In this document: in pieces, positions 33,724 through 43,933 of the stretch | Layout of the letters: every line of letters starts with the position of its first letter | Numbering within the stretch: position 1 is the stretch's first letter | Source of the DNA: Escherichia coli | GTDB lineage: Bacteria; Pseudomonadota; Gammaproteobacteria; Enterobacterales; Enterobacteriaceae | Assembly (NCBI RefSeq): GCF_048403405.1 | Contig: NZ_CP183129.1 | Strand: one strand, 5' to 3' | DNA: 64,000 nt | Made by a program: the position numbers and the translations under genes | Notes under the pieces: model-generated | What the model was told of the DNA's origin: nothing | The model's input: only the letters and a program-made list of their open reading frames with translations | The model's database searches: none

Positions 33724-34764
33724 TTATGGTGCCGGATAAGTATAAACCTGATGTACCGCTTCAATTTCAGCTAATACGTCTTCGCTTAACTCCAGATGCA
33801 AACTTTCGACGTTAGTTTTCAGCTGCTCCATCGTGGTTGCGCCCAGCAGAGTGCTGGCAACAAACGGTTGACGGCGTACAAAAGCGAGCGCCATCTGAGC
33901 AGGATCCAGGCCATGACGTCTGGCGATATCAACATACGCCGCGACGGCTTTTTGCGTTTGCTCACCGCTATAGCGGGTGAAGCGACTAAAGAGCGTATTA
34001 CGTGCGCCAGCGGGTTTTGCACCATTGAGATATTTCCCGGTCAGTGTGCCGAAACCCAGGCACGAATAGGCCAGCAGTTCGACCCCTTCATACTGGCTGA
34101 CTTCTGCCAGACCTACTTCAAAACTGCGGTTTAACAGGCTGTAGGGGTTCTGAATGGTGACAATACGCGGCAGATCGTGTTTGTCCGCCAGATGCAGGTA
34201 GCGCATTACGCCAAATGCAGTTTCGTTCGACACGCCGATATAACGAATTTTTCCCGCGCGTTGGTACTCTGCCAGTGCGTCCAGCGTATCCAGCAGCGAA
34301 ACCGCAGGCGCAGAATCTGTCCAGCTATAACCGAGTTTGCCGAAGCAGTTGGTTGGGCGCTGCGGCCAGTGCACCTGATAGAGATCGAGGTAATCAGTCT
34401 GCAGACGCTTGAGGCTGTCATGCAGCGCTTCGCGGATATTCTTCCGATCCAGCGCCTGATCCGGGCGGATGCCCTTGTCATTATTGCGCGACGGTCCGCT
34501 CACTTTGGAGGCGATAATTAACTTTTCGCGGCTGCCATGTTTCGCCAGCCAGTTGCCGACGTAGGTTTCAGTCAACCCTTGCGTTTCGGGGCGTGGAGGT
34601 ACTGGGTACATTTCGGCAACGTCGATAAGGTTAATGCCCTGAGCGACGGCATAGTCGAGTTGTGCGTGGGCGTCGGCTTCGCTGTTCTGTTCACCAAACG
34701 TCATCGTGCCAAGCCCCAGCGTGCTGACTTCCAGCGAACTGTGGGGTATACGGTGATATTGCAT
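33724..34764 (-). CDS. tas: NADP(H)-dependent aldo-keto reductase
   Basis: 346 aa; AKR family motifs (GLGTMTFG, IDVAEMY). Confidence 0.9.
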   Translation of the reverse strand: MQYHRIPHSSLEVSTLGLGTMTFGEQNSEADAHAQLDYAVAQGINLIDVAEMYPVPPRPETQGLTETYVGNWLAKHGSREKLIIASKVSGPSRNNDKGIRPDQALDRKNIREALHDSLKRLQTDYLDLYQVHWPQRPTNCFGKLGYSWTDSAPAVSLLDTLDALAEYQRAGKIRYIGVSNETAFGVMRYLHLADKHDLPRIVTIQNPYSLLNRSFEVGLAEVSQYEGVELLAYSCLGFGTLTGKYLNGAKPAGARNTLFSRFTRYSGEQTQKAVAAYVDIARRHGLDPAQMALAFVRRQPFVASTLLGATTMEQLKTNVESLHLELSEDVLAEIEAVHQVYTYPAP

Positions 34765-34871
34765 AGCCGTTTCCTTTTTATAATCACGACATAAGGAATA
34801 TAAAAATGGCAGAGGGAAGGGAAAAGGGAAAGAGAAAAATCTTAAGGCCAGCCGGATGCTGACCTTATTTG

Positions 34872-35090
34872 TTAACGTTCAATAATTTGCGAAACATCAT
34901 CACGGTTAATTTGCATCGCGTTACCTTGCTGATCGTGATAACTAACCAGCCCGGTATCATCATCAATTTCAGGTTTTCCATCGGTCAAAATCATACGGCC
35001 ATCTTTGGTCGCCATGACGTAATCACTGGAACACCCGGAAACAGCAAACGCCAGTCCGACTGCAGAAATTATTACTGCCCATTTTTTCAT
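34872..35090 (-). CDS. ygdR: Small lipoprotein
   Basis: 72 aa; signal peptide with lipobox VSGC. Confidence 0.8.
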
Positions 35091-35227
35091 CCGGTTATCC
35101 TCATTTGACCCACCTATGATAATAGTCTGTTTATAAACCGACGTTATATATCTTGAAAGCAGGAAAATCTTAAACTGTGAGGGTAACAGGAGTGAGCACG
35201 CCCTCCCGCAGGAGAGCGTACGGAGTA

Positions 35228-35941
35228 TCAGAGCGGATTCTTTTTGTTGCGAATCAGGTTGAGGCTTTCAACCGCAATAGAGAAGAACATCGCAAAGTAG
35301 ATGTAACCTTTCGGTACGTGGATGTCGAAACTTTCCAGAATCAGGGTAAAGCCCACCAGAATCAGGAAAGAGAGCGCCAGCATTTTTACCGAAGGATGGC
35401 GTTCGACAAAATCACCAATCGAGCGCGCGGCAAACATCATCACGCCTACGGCAATCACCACGGCTGCCATCATAATAAACAGGTGATCTGACAGACCCAC
35501 AGCGGTAATCACCGAGTCGAGGCTGAAGATAATATCCAGCAGCATAATCTGCACGATAGCGCCGAGGAATGATGAAACGCGTGTTTTCAGCCCTTCTTCT
35601 TCACCTTCAATGGATTCGTGGATTTCCTTGCTGGCTTTCCAGATAAGGAACAAGCCACCCAGAAGCAGAATCAAATCACGGGCGGAAATTTCCTGGCTGA
35701 ATATTGTAAAAAGCGGATTTGTCAGGCGCGTAACCCAGGCGATTGATGCCAGCAGCGCCAGACGCATAACCATGGCTCCCGCCAATCCCAGACGGCGCGC
35801 ATGAGCACGTTGTGCTGTGGGGAGCTTTGCCACCACCAGAGAAAGAAAAATAATATTGTCGATCCCAAGAACGATCTCCAGCAGCGTCAGCGTACCGAGC
35901 GCAAGCCAGGCGTTAGGATCGGTTATCCATGCAAATAACAT
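35228..35941 (-). CDS. ygdQ: TerC-family inner membrane protein
   Basis: 237-aa multi-TM protein with TerC-like repeated DNIIF/LD..ITAVG motifs. Confidence 0.85.
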
Positions 35942-36009
35942 CTAAAAAGCCCTGCCAAAAAAATGAAGCGGTAATTATATGCCCGGAAAGCGGCAGGTCA
36001 AAGCGATGG

Positions 36010-36699
36010 CTACTGGATCAGAAAATGACGGGCCAGTAGTGCACTGGTGAAATTCTTCTTCAAATAAAAGCCGCGTGGCAGCGTCAGAATCCGTTCGCCC
36101 CGGGCACCAATGGCTTCGGTAAGCGCTTTCGCATTCGCTGCTTTCGGTCGTATCTGTAAATATTCCCCGTGACGAGCGGTAATCCGCTCAACCTGACCGA
36201 GAACAATCATATCCATTAATTCTTCCCAGTCTTCGCGTAGCTGTCGGTCTTCCTCTTCATTCGGGCTCCACAGCAACGGTGATCCTACGCGACGCTGCGC
36301 TAGCGGGATGCTGCGCTCGCCTTCAACCGGTATCCACAGCACGCGTTTGAGCTTGTGGCGCACGTGGCTGGTTTCCCAGGTCACTCCGCTATTGCCCGTT
36401 AACGGGGCAACACAAACGAATGTTGTTTCCAGCGGACGACCAAGACTATCCACAGGGATAGTTTTAAGTTCCACGCCCAGAGCAGCAAAATCTTGCTCAG
36501 GTTTACTCCCTGCGCTGGCACCTAGCCAGATCTCCAGTAACACGCCAATCCAGCCCTTATCGCGTTTTAAATTCTCTGGCGTAACCAGCCCGGCAAGTGC
36601 CGCCAGTTCTCCCAATGTATAACCAGAAAGTTGTTGTGCTTGCGCTAACAACTGTTCTTCAGTTTCGGGAGGAGAGAGCAGTGGGCGAGGTTGGGACAT
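36010..36699 (-). CDS. mutH: DNA mismatch repair endonuclease MutH
   Basis: 229 aa beginning [46 protein letters not shown] upstream. Confidence 0.9.
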
Positions 36700-36849
36700 G
36701 TCACGATACCTTGGTTAAAAAACAAACAGCAATTATGTGCCGAATATTCGCAGTGTAACTTTTTCCACATGCGTTGTTCAATTCTCTGATTTATATTGCT
36801 TTTTAGGCTTCCTGTAATCGAGTTGCGCAACACTGCAACGGGTTTTCCA

Positions 36850-37250
36850 AATCTGGTCACTGAAAATAAACAGGATCTTACACCATGTTATCCACAGAAA
36901 GCTGGGATAACTGTGAAAAACCTCCACTACTGTTTCCATTTACAGCCTTGACGTGCGACGAAACTCCAGTTTTTAGTGGTTCAGTGCTTAACTTAGTGGC
37001 ACATTCTGTGGATAAATACGGCATTGGTTGATCTTTAGCCAACCCGTAAATGAGAGGTGTGACCTGGGTCACGAATTACTCTTTTTTATTACTCAAATTA
37101 CATGTAATGCATTGACTGATAATGAATATTTTAAAATGTCTATATCGGGCTTATTCAGAATGCTCCGGGTTTTCCCGTAGTAATTCCGTAGTTCTTCACA
37201 ACTCTATCCACAGAAAAGGTGAATAAAAACGGCTATCCACCCCTTCCTCT
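36850..37250. promoter_or_regulatory. DnaA-box cluster in the mutH-rppH intergenic region (DARS2-like DnaA-reactivating sequence)
   Basis: Perfect DnaA boxes TTATCCACA at 36888-36896 (+) and 37007-37015 (-, TGTGGATAA), near-consensus CTATCCACA at 37204-37212 and CTATCCACC at 37235-37243, within a 684-bp non-coding gap; DARS2 is recalled as mapping between mutH and ygdP (rppH). Element boundaries approximate. Confidence 0.5.
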
Positions 37251-37383
37251 GTTTATAACTCTGCACATAACTGTGAGTTATTCAATTGTTATTAGTGTGT
37301 AATGCCCTGCAGAGAGTGGTTTACCGTCTTCCTGGAGTATGAAACAATCATTCGTATATAAAGCTTTATTTTGAGGTAGTCCG

Positions 37384-37914
37384 GTGATTGATGACGATGG
37401 CTACCGCCCAAACGTAGGTATCGTGATTTGTAATCGCCAGGGGCAGGTAATGTGGGCCCGGCGATTTGGTCAGCACTCCTGGCAATTTCCGCAAGGCGGA
37501 ATCAACCCCGGAGAATCCGCAGAGCAGGCGATGTACCGTGAATTGTTTGAAGAAGTGGGATTAAGCCGTAAAGACGTTCGAATCCTTGCTTCAACGCGTA
37601 ACTGGTTGCGCTACAAATTACCGAAACGTTTGGTGCGTTGGGACACGAAGCCGGTTTGTATCGGCCAAAAACAAAAATGGTTTCTCTTGCAGCTGGTGAG
37701 CGGCGATGCAGAAATCAATATGCAAACCAGCAGTACACCAGAGTTTGACGGCTGGCGATGGGTAAGTTACTGGTATCCGGTCAGACAGGTGGTGTCATTT
37801 AAACGTGATGTCTACCGTAGGGTAATGAAAGAGTTCGCGAGTGTGGTGATGTCACTGCAGGAAAATACACCAAAACCACAAAACGCATCTGCTTATCGAC
37901 GTAAAAGAGGTTAA
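37384..37914 (+). CDS. rppH: RNA pyrophosphohydrolase (Nudix)
   Basis: 176 aa from GTG 37384; Nudix box [22 protein letters not shown]. Confidence 0.9.
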
Positions 37915-37926
37915 GTCACGCCAATT

Positions 37927-40173
37927 ATGCTCACTCGCCTGCGCGAAATAGTCGAAAAGGTAGCCAGCGCACCACGCCTGAATGAGGCGTTAAATATTCT
38001 GGTTACCGACATCTGTCTTGCGATGGATACCGAGGTCTGTTCGGTTTACCTTGCCGATCATGATCGACGTTGTTACTACCTGATGGCGACCCGGGGGCTG
38101 AAAAAACCACGCGGTCGCACTGTAACGCTCGCGTTTGATGAAGGGATCGTCGGCCTGGTTGGCAGGCTGGCGGAACCGATAAACCTTGCAGATGCGCAAA
38201 AGCACCCCAGCTTCAAATACATCCCCTCCGTAAAAGAAGAACGTTTCCGCGCGTTTTTAGGCGTACCAATTATTCAACGTCGCCAGTTGCTTGGTGTACT
38301 GGTGGTACAGCAACGAGAGTTGCGCCAGTATGACGAAAGTGAAGAATCCTTCCTGGTGACGCTTGCCACCCAGATGGCTGCGATTCTTTCTCAGTCGCAG
38401 TTGACTGCCTTGTTTGGGCAATATCGCCAGACGCGAATCCGTGCATTACCGGCAGCGCCTGGTGTAGCGATTGCCGAAGGCTGGCAGGATGCCACGTTAC
38501 CTTTAATGGAACAGGTGTATCAGGCATCAACGCTGGATCCAGCTCTGGAACGCGAACGACTGACCGGGGCGCTGGAAGAAGCGGCAAACGAGTTTCGCCG
38601 CTACAGCAAACGCTTTGCCGCCGGTGCACAAAAAGAAACGGCGGCTATTTTCGATCTTTACTCACACCTGCTTTCGGATACCCGGCTGCGGCGCGAATTG
38701 TTTGCCGAGGTTGATAAAGGCTCGGTGGCAGAGTGGGCGGTAAAAACGGTCATTGAAAAATTTGCCGAACAGTTTGCCGCGCTAAGCGATAACTATCTCA
38801 AAGAGCGGGCTGGCGATTTACGTGCGCTGGGTCAGCGATTGCTGTTTCATCTTGATGACGCTAATCAAGGGCCGAACGCCTGGCCGGAACGTTTCATTCT
38901 GGTGGCAGATGAACTGTCAGCGACAACGCTTGCAGAGCTGCCCCAGGATCGCTTAGTCGGTGTTGTCGTGCGAGATGGCGCAGCCAACTCCCATGCTGCG
39001 ATCATGGTACGTGCGCTGGGGATCCCTACCGTAATGGGCGCGGATATTCAGCCTTCGGTGCTGCATCGTCGGACGTTGATCGTCGATGGTTATCGCGGTG
39101 AATTGCTGGTCGATCCGGAGCCGGTACTGCTGCAAGAATATCAGCGGCTAATTAGTGAAGAGATTGAGCTTAGCCGTCTGGCGGAAGATGACGTCAATTT
39201 ACCCGCCCAGTTAAAAAGCGGCGAGCGCATTAAAGTCATGCTCAATGCCGGTTTAAGCCCGGAACATGAAGAAAAACTGGGCAGCCGTATTGATGGCATC
39301 GGTCTTTATCGCACTGAAATCCCATTCATGCTGCAAAGTGGTTTTCCGTCGGAAGAAGAACAGGTGGCGCAGTATCAGGGGATGCTGCAAATGTTCAATG
39401 ATAAACCCGTCACCTTGCGTACGCTGGATGTCGGAGCAGATAAGCAGCTGCCTTACATGCCGATCAGCGAAGAGAATCCATGCCTGGGTTGGCGTGGGAT
39501 TCGCATTACGCTCGATCAGCCGGAGATCTTCTTGATCCAGGTGCGGGCGATGCTGCGTGCTAATGCCGCTACGGGCAACCTGAATATTCTGTTGCCGATG
39601 GTCACCAGCCTCGATGAAGTTGACGAAGCACGCCGCCTGATTGAACGTGCAGGACGTGAAGTCGAGGAGATGATCGGTTACGAAATTCCCAAACCACGTA
39701 TCGGCATCATGCTGGAAGTGCCGTCAATGGTATTTATGCTGCCGCATCTGGCAAAGCGGGTCGATTTTATCTCTGTTGGCACCAACGATCTGACTCAATA
39801 CATCCTGGCCGTTGATCGCAATAATACCCGGGTGGCGAACATTTATGACAGTCTTCATCCTGCAATGTTACGAGCTCTGGCGATGATCGCCCGGGAAGCG
39901 GAAATACATGGAATCGATCTCCGTTTGTGCGGTGAAATGGCGGGCGATCCCATGTGCGTGGCAATCCTCATTGGGCTTGGGTATCGCCATCTGTCTATGA
40001 ACGGACGTTCTGTAGCGCGCGTAAAATACCTGCTGCGGCGCATTGATTTTGCCGAAGCAGAAAATCTTGCGCAGCGTAGTCTGGAAGCGCAACTGGCGAC
40101 CGAAGTTCGCCATCAGGTTGCAGCCTTTATGGAGCGTCGCGGCATGGGCGGGCTGATTCGCGGAGGGTTATAG
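37927..40173 (+). CDS. ptsP: Phosphoenolpyruvate-protein phosphotransferase EI-Ntr (GAF plus EI domains)
   Basis: 748 aa; N-terminal GAF domain and C-terminal Enzyme I domains with the phospho-His region (GAANSHAAIMVRALGIP). Confidence 0.9.
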   Translation: MLTRLREIVEKVASAPRLNEALNILVTDICLAMDTEVCSVYLADHDRRCYYLMATRGLKKPRGRTVTLAFDEGIVGLVGRLAEPINLADAQKHPSFKYIPSVKEERFRAFLGVPIIQRRQLLGVLVVQQRELRQYDESEESFLVTLATQMAAILSQSQLTALFGQYRQTRIRALPAAPGVAIAEGWQDATLPLMEQVYQASTLDPALERERLTGALEEAANEFRRYSKRFAAGAQKETAAIFDLYSHLLSDTRLRRELFAEVDKGSVAEWAVKTVIEKFAEQFAALSDNYLKERAGDLRALGQRLLFHLDDANQGPNAWPERFILVADELSATTLAELPQDRLVGVVVRDGAANSHAAIMVRALGIPTVMGADIQPSVLHRRTLIVDGYRGELLVDPEPVLLQEYQRLISEEIELSRLAEDDVNLPAQLKSGERIKVMLNAGLSPEHEEKLGSRIDGIGLYRTEIPFMLQSGFPSEEEQVAQYQGMLQMFNDKPVTLRTLDVGADKQLPYMPISEENPCLGWRGIRITLDQPEIFLIQVRAMLRANAATGNLNILLPMVTSLDEVDEARRLIERAGREVEEMIGYEIPKPRIGIMLEVPSMVFMLPHLAKRVDFISVGTNDLTQYILAVDRNNTRVANIYDSLHPAMLRALAMIAREAEIHGIDLRLCGEMAGDPMCVAILIGLGYRHLSMNGRSVARVKYLLRRIDFAEAENLAQRSLEAQLATEVRHQVAAFMERRGMGGLIRGGL

Positions 40174-40323
40174 CGCGGATCATATACATATCTTTTAACG
40201 GTATCCGGCAACCAGCCTGGTCCCCTTGTGCTATTATTCGCACCTTTGGAGCGCCTGAAACCTGCGGCGCGCATTTCAATCGCTGTTCTCTTTCAGCGAA
40301 ATAACAAGAACTTGTGGTGACAG

Positions 40324-41199
40324 ATGACCAGTAGCTATCTGCATTTTCCGGAGTTTGATCCGGTCATTTTCTCAATAGGACCCGTAGCGCTTCACTGGTA
40401 CGGCCTGATGTATCTGGTGGGTTTCATTTTTGCAATGTGGCTGGCAACACGTCGGGCGAATCGTCCGGGCAGCGGCTGGACCAAAAATGAAGTTGAAAAC
40501 TTACTCTATGCGGGCTTCCTCGGCGTCTTCCTCGGGGGACGTATTGGTTATGTTCTGTTCTACAATTTCCCGCAGTTTATGGCCGATCCGCTGTATCTGT
40601 TCCGTGTCTGGGACGGCGGCATGTCTTTCCACGGCGGCCTGATTGGCGTTATCGTGGTGATGATTATCTTTGCCCGCCGTACTAAACGTTCCTTCTTCCA
40701 GGTCTCTGATTTTATCGCCCCACTCATTCCGTTTGGTCTTGGTGCCGGGCGTCTGGGCAACTTTATTAACGGTGAATTGTGGGGCCGCGTTGACCCGAAC
40801 TTCCCGTTTGCCATGCTGTTCCCTGGCTCCCGTACAGAAGATATTTTGCTGCTGCAAACCAACCCGCAGTGGCAATCCATTTTCGACACTTACGGTGTGC
40901 TGCCGCGCCACCCATCACAGCTTTACGAGCTGCTGCTGGAAGGTGTGGTGCTGTTTATTATCCTCAACCTGTATATTCGTAAACCGCGCCCAATGGGAGC
41001 AGTCTCAGGCTTGTTCCTGATTGGTTACGGCGCGTTTCGCATCATTGTTGAGTTTTTCCGCCAGCCCGACGCGCAGTTTACCGGTGCCTGGGTGCAGTAC
41101 ATCAGCATGGGGCAAATTCTTTCCATCCCGATGATTGTCGCGGGTGTGATCATGATGGTCTGGGCATATCGTCGCAGCCCACAGCAACACGTTTCCTGA
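40324..41199 (+). CDS. lgt: Prolipoprotein diacylglyceryl transferase
   Basis: 291-aa membrane protein containing the Lgt signature ([14 protein letters not shown]). Confidence 0.9.
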
Positions 41200-41205
41200 G
41201 GAACC

Positions 41206-42000
41206 ATGAAACAGTATTTAGAACTGATGCAAAAAGTGCTCGACGAAGGCACACAGAAAAACGACCGTACCGGAACCGGAACGCTTTCCATTTTTGGTCA
41301 TCAGATGCGTTTTAACCTGCAGGATGGATTCCCGCTGGTGACAACTAAACGTTGCCACCTGCGTTCCATCATCCATGAACTGCTGTGGTTTCTGCAGGGC
41401 GACACTAACATTGCTTATCTACACGAAAACAATGTCACCATCTGGGACGAATGGGCCGATGAAAACGGCGACCTCGGGCCAGTGTATGGTAAACAGTGGC
41501 GCGCCTGGCCAACGCCAGATGGTCGTCATATTGACCAGATCACTACGGTACTGAACCAGCTGAAAAACGACCCGGATTCGCGCCGCATTATTGTTTCAGC
41601 GTGGAACGTAGGCGAACTGGATAAAATGGCGCTGGCACCGTGCCATGCATTCTTCCAGTTCTATGTGGCAGACGGCAAACTCTCTTGCCAGCTTTATCAG
41701 CGCTCCTGTGACGTCTTCCTCGGCCTGCCGTTCAACATTGCCAGCTACGCGTTACTGGTGCATATGATGGCGCAGCAGTGCGATCTGGAAGTGGGTGATT
41801 TTGTCTGGACCGGTGGCGATACGCACCTGTACAGCAACCATATGGATCAAACTCATCTGCAATTAAGCCGCGAACCGCGTCCGCTGCCGAAGTTGATTAT
41901 CAAACGTAAACCCGAATCCATCTTCGACTACCGTTTCGAAGACTTTGAGATTGAAGGCTACGATCCGCATCCGGGCATTAAAGCGCCGGTGGCTATCTAA
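41206..42000 (+). CDS. thyA: Thymidylate synthase
   Basis: 264 aa; active-site region [14 protein letters not shown] and other ThyA signatures. Confidence 0.95.
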
Positions 42001-42021
42001 TTACGAAACATCCTGCCAGAG

Positions 42022-42049
42022 CCGACGCCAGTGTGCGTCGGTTTTTTTT
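42022..42049 (+). terminator. Intrinsic terminator after thyA
   Basis: Stem CCGACGC / GCGTCGG with CAGTGT loop followed by T8. Confidence 0.7.
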
Positions 42050-42184
42050 ACCCTCCGTTAAATTCTTCGAGACACCTTCCCGAAATTTTGCAACGTCCTG
42101 CAACGGCGTAAATAGTCCGGAAGATGCGCCGAAGAAATAGAAACTGGCCCTCGTCTTTTTTTCTCCTCGCTCCATACTGCCGGC

Positions 42185-42655
42185 ATGAAAACACAACGTG
42201 GTTATACGCTGATTGAAACGCTGGTCGCGATGCTGATTCTGGTCATGCTAAGCGCAAGTGGACTCTATGGCTGGCAATACTGGCAGCAGTCGCAACGGCT
42301 TTGGCAAACCGCCAGCCAGGCGCGGGACTATTTGCTCTATTTACGTGAAGATGCCAACTGGCATAACCGCGACCACAGTATCAGTCTTATCAGGGAGGGG
42401 ACGTTATGGTGCCTTGTGAGTTCCGCTGCTGGGGCCAATACCTGTCATGGCAGTTCACCATTGGTCTTTGTGCCACGCTGGCCCGAAGTCGAAATGAGCG
42501 ATCTGACACCTTCGCTTGCTTTCTTTGGCCTGCGCAATACCGCATGGGCCGGGCATATTCGCTTCAAAAACTCAACGGGCGAGTGGTGGCTGGTGGTTTC
42601 GCCGTGGGGAAGACTCCGGCTTTGTCAGCAAGGAGAAACAGAAGGATGCCTATAA
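42185..42655 (+). CDS. ppdA: Prepilin peptidase-dependent pseudopilin-like protein A
   Basis: 156 aa; N-terminal type IV prepilin signal ([18 protein letters not shown]). Confidence 0.8.
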   Translation: MKTQRGYTLIETLVAMLILVMLSASGLYGWQYWQQSQRLWQTASQARDYLLYLREDANWHNRDHSISLIREGTLWCLVSSAAGANTCHGSSPLVFVPRWPEVEMSDLTPSLAFFGLRNTAWAGHIRFKNSTGEWWLVVSPWGRLRLCQQGETEGCL

Positions 42656-43209
42656 AAGAGCAAGGTTTTTCTCTGCTGGAAGTGTTGATTGCTATGGCGA
42701 TCAGTAGCGTATTGTTGCTGGGGGCTGCACGCTTTCTGCCTGCGTTACAGCGTGACAGTTTAACGAGCACCCGTAAGCTGGCGCTGGAAGATGAAATCTG
42801 GCTGCGGGTATTTACCGTTGCGAAGCATCTCCAGAGGGCGGGTTATTGTCATGGCAGCTGTACCGGCGAAGGGCTGGAAATTGTCGGACAGGGTGACTGT
42901 GTCATTGTGCAGTGGGATGCGAACAGTAACGGTATCTGGGATCGCGAACCGGTAAAAGAGTCCGACCAGATTGGATTTCGTCTGAAGGAGCATGTGCTGG
43001 AAACGCTACGCGGTGCGACATCCTGTGAAGGTAAGGGCTGGGATAAAGTCACTAATCCGGATGCCATCATTATCGACACTTTTCAGGTTACCCGACAGGA
43101 GGTCAGCGGTTTCTCGCCGGTGTTGACGGTTAATATGCACGCTGCCAGCAAGGCTGATCCGCAAACCGTGGTGGATGCCAGCTATAGCGTGACAGGATCC
43201 AACCTGTGA
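42646..43209 (+). CDS. ppdB: Prepilin peptidase-dependent pseudopilin-like protein B
   Basis: 187 aa from ATG 42646 (AGGAG upstream); prepilin-type N-terminus ([16 protein letters not shown]). The ORF-track start at 42406 is an extension overlapping ppdA. Confidence 0.8.
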   Translation: MPIKEQGFSLLEVLIAMAISSVLLLGAARFLPALQRDSLTSTRKLALEDEIWLRVFTVAKHLQRAGYCHGSCTGEGLEIVGQGDCVIVQWDANSNGIWDREPVKESDQIGFRLKEHVLETLRGATSCEGKGWDKVTNPDAIIIDTFQVTRQEVSGFSPVLTVNMHAASKADPQTVVDASYSVTGSNL

Positions 43210-43613
43210 ACCGCGAAAAGGGTGTTTCGTCACTGGCTCTGGTCCTTATGCTGCTGGTTTTGGGTAGCTTGCTATTACAAGGAATGAGCCAACAGGATCG
43301 CAGTTTTGCCTCTCGCGTGAGCATGGAAAGTCAGTCATTGCGCCGCCAGGCCATCGTTCAGTCGGCGCTGGAGTGGGGAAAAATGCACTCCTGGCAGACG
43401 CAGCCCGCAGTTCAGTGCTTACTGTATGCTGCCACCGGTGCCCGGGGTTGTCTGCGTTTATTGGCAGATAATGAGGCCGTATTGATTGCCGGTTATGAAG
43501 GCGTTTCGTTGTGGCGAACAGGCGAAGTCATCGATGGAAACATTGTTTTTTCGCCACGCGGCTGGAGCGATTTTTGTCCGCTGAAAGAGAGGGCGTTATG
43601 TCAGCTTCCCTGA
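43206..43613 (+). CDS. ygdB: Conserved protein in the ppd operon
   Basis: 135 aa from GTG 43206 overlapping the ppdB stop (GTGA); N-terminal hydrophobic segment. Confidence 0.7.
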   Translation: MNREKGVSSLALVLMLLVLGSLLLQGMSQQDRSFASRVSMESQSLRRQAIVQSALEWGKMHSWQTQPAVQCLLYAATGARGCLRLLADNEAVLIAGYEGVSLWRTGEVIDGNIVFSPRGWSDFCPLKERALCQLP

Positions 43614-43921
43614 AGAATCAACAAGGCTTTAGCCTGCCGGAGGTAATGTTGGCGATGGTGTTGATGGTGATGATTGTCACTGCGTTATCGGGTTTCCAGC
43701 GAACATTAATGAACAGTCTTGCCAGCAGAAACCAGTACCAACAGCTCTGGCGGCATGGCTGGCAGCAAACGCAACTGCGCGCGATTTCGCCACCTGCCAA
43801 CTGGCAGGTCAACCGAATGCAGACATCGCAGGCGGGATGTGTCAGCATCAGCGTTACGCTAGTTTCACCCGGGGGCAGAGAAGGCGAGATGACCCGCCTG
43901 CATTGCCCGAATCGTCAGTAG
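43598..43921 (+). CDS. ppdC: Prepilin peptidase-dependent pseudopilin-like protein C
   Basis: 107 aa from ATG 43598; prepilin-type N-terminus ([16 protein letters not shown]). Confidence 0.8.
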   Translation: MSASLKNQQGFSLPEVMLAMVLMVMIVTALSGFQRTLMNSLASRNQYQQLWRHGWQQTQLRAISPPANWQVNRMQTSQAGCVSISVTLVSPGGREGEMTRLHCPNRQ

Positions 43922-43933
43922 TCAGGAGCCGCT

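Noticed and set aside
42585-42592. Chi sequence GCTGGTGG
   Set aside because: Chi octamers are frequent in E. coli core DNA; a single occurrence is not informative.
42406-43209. 267-aa ORF-track call overlapping ppdA
   Set aside because: N-terminal extension with no RBS; the prepilin-type N-terminus begins at ATG 42646, which has a Shine-Dalgarno sequence.
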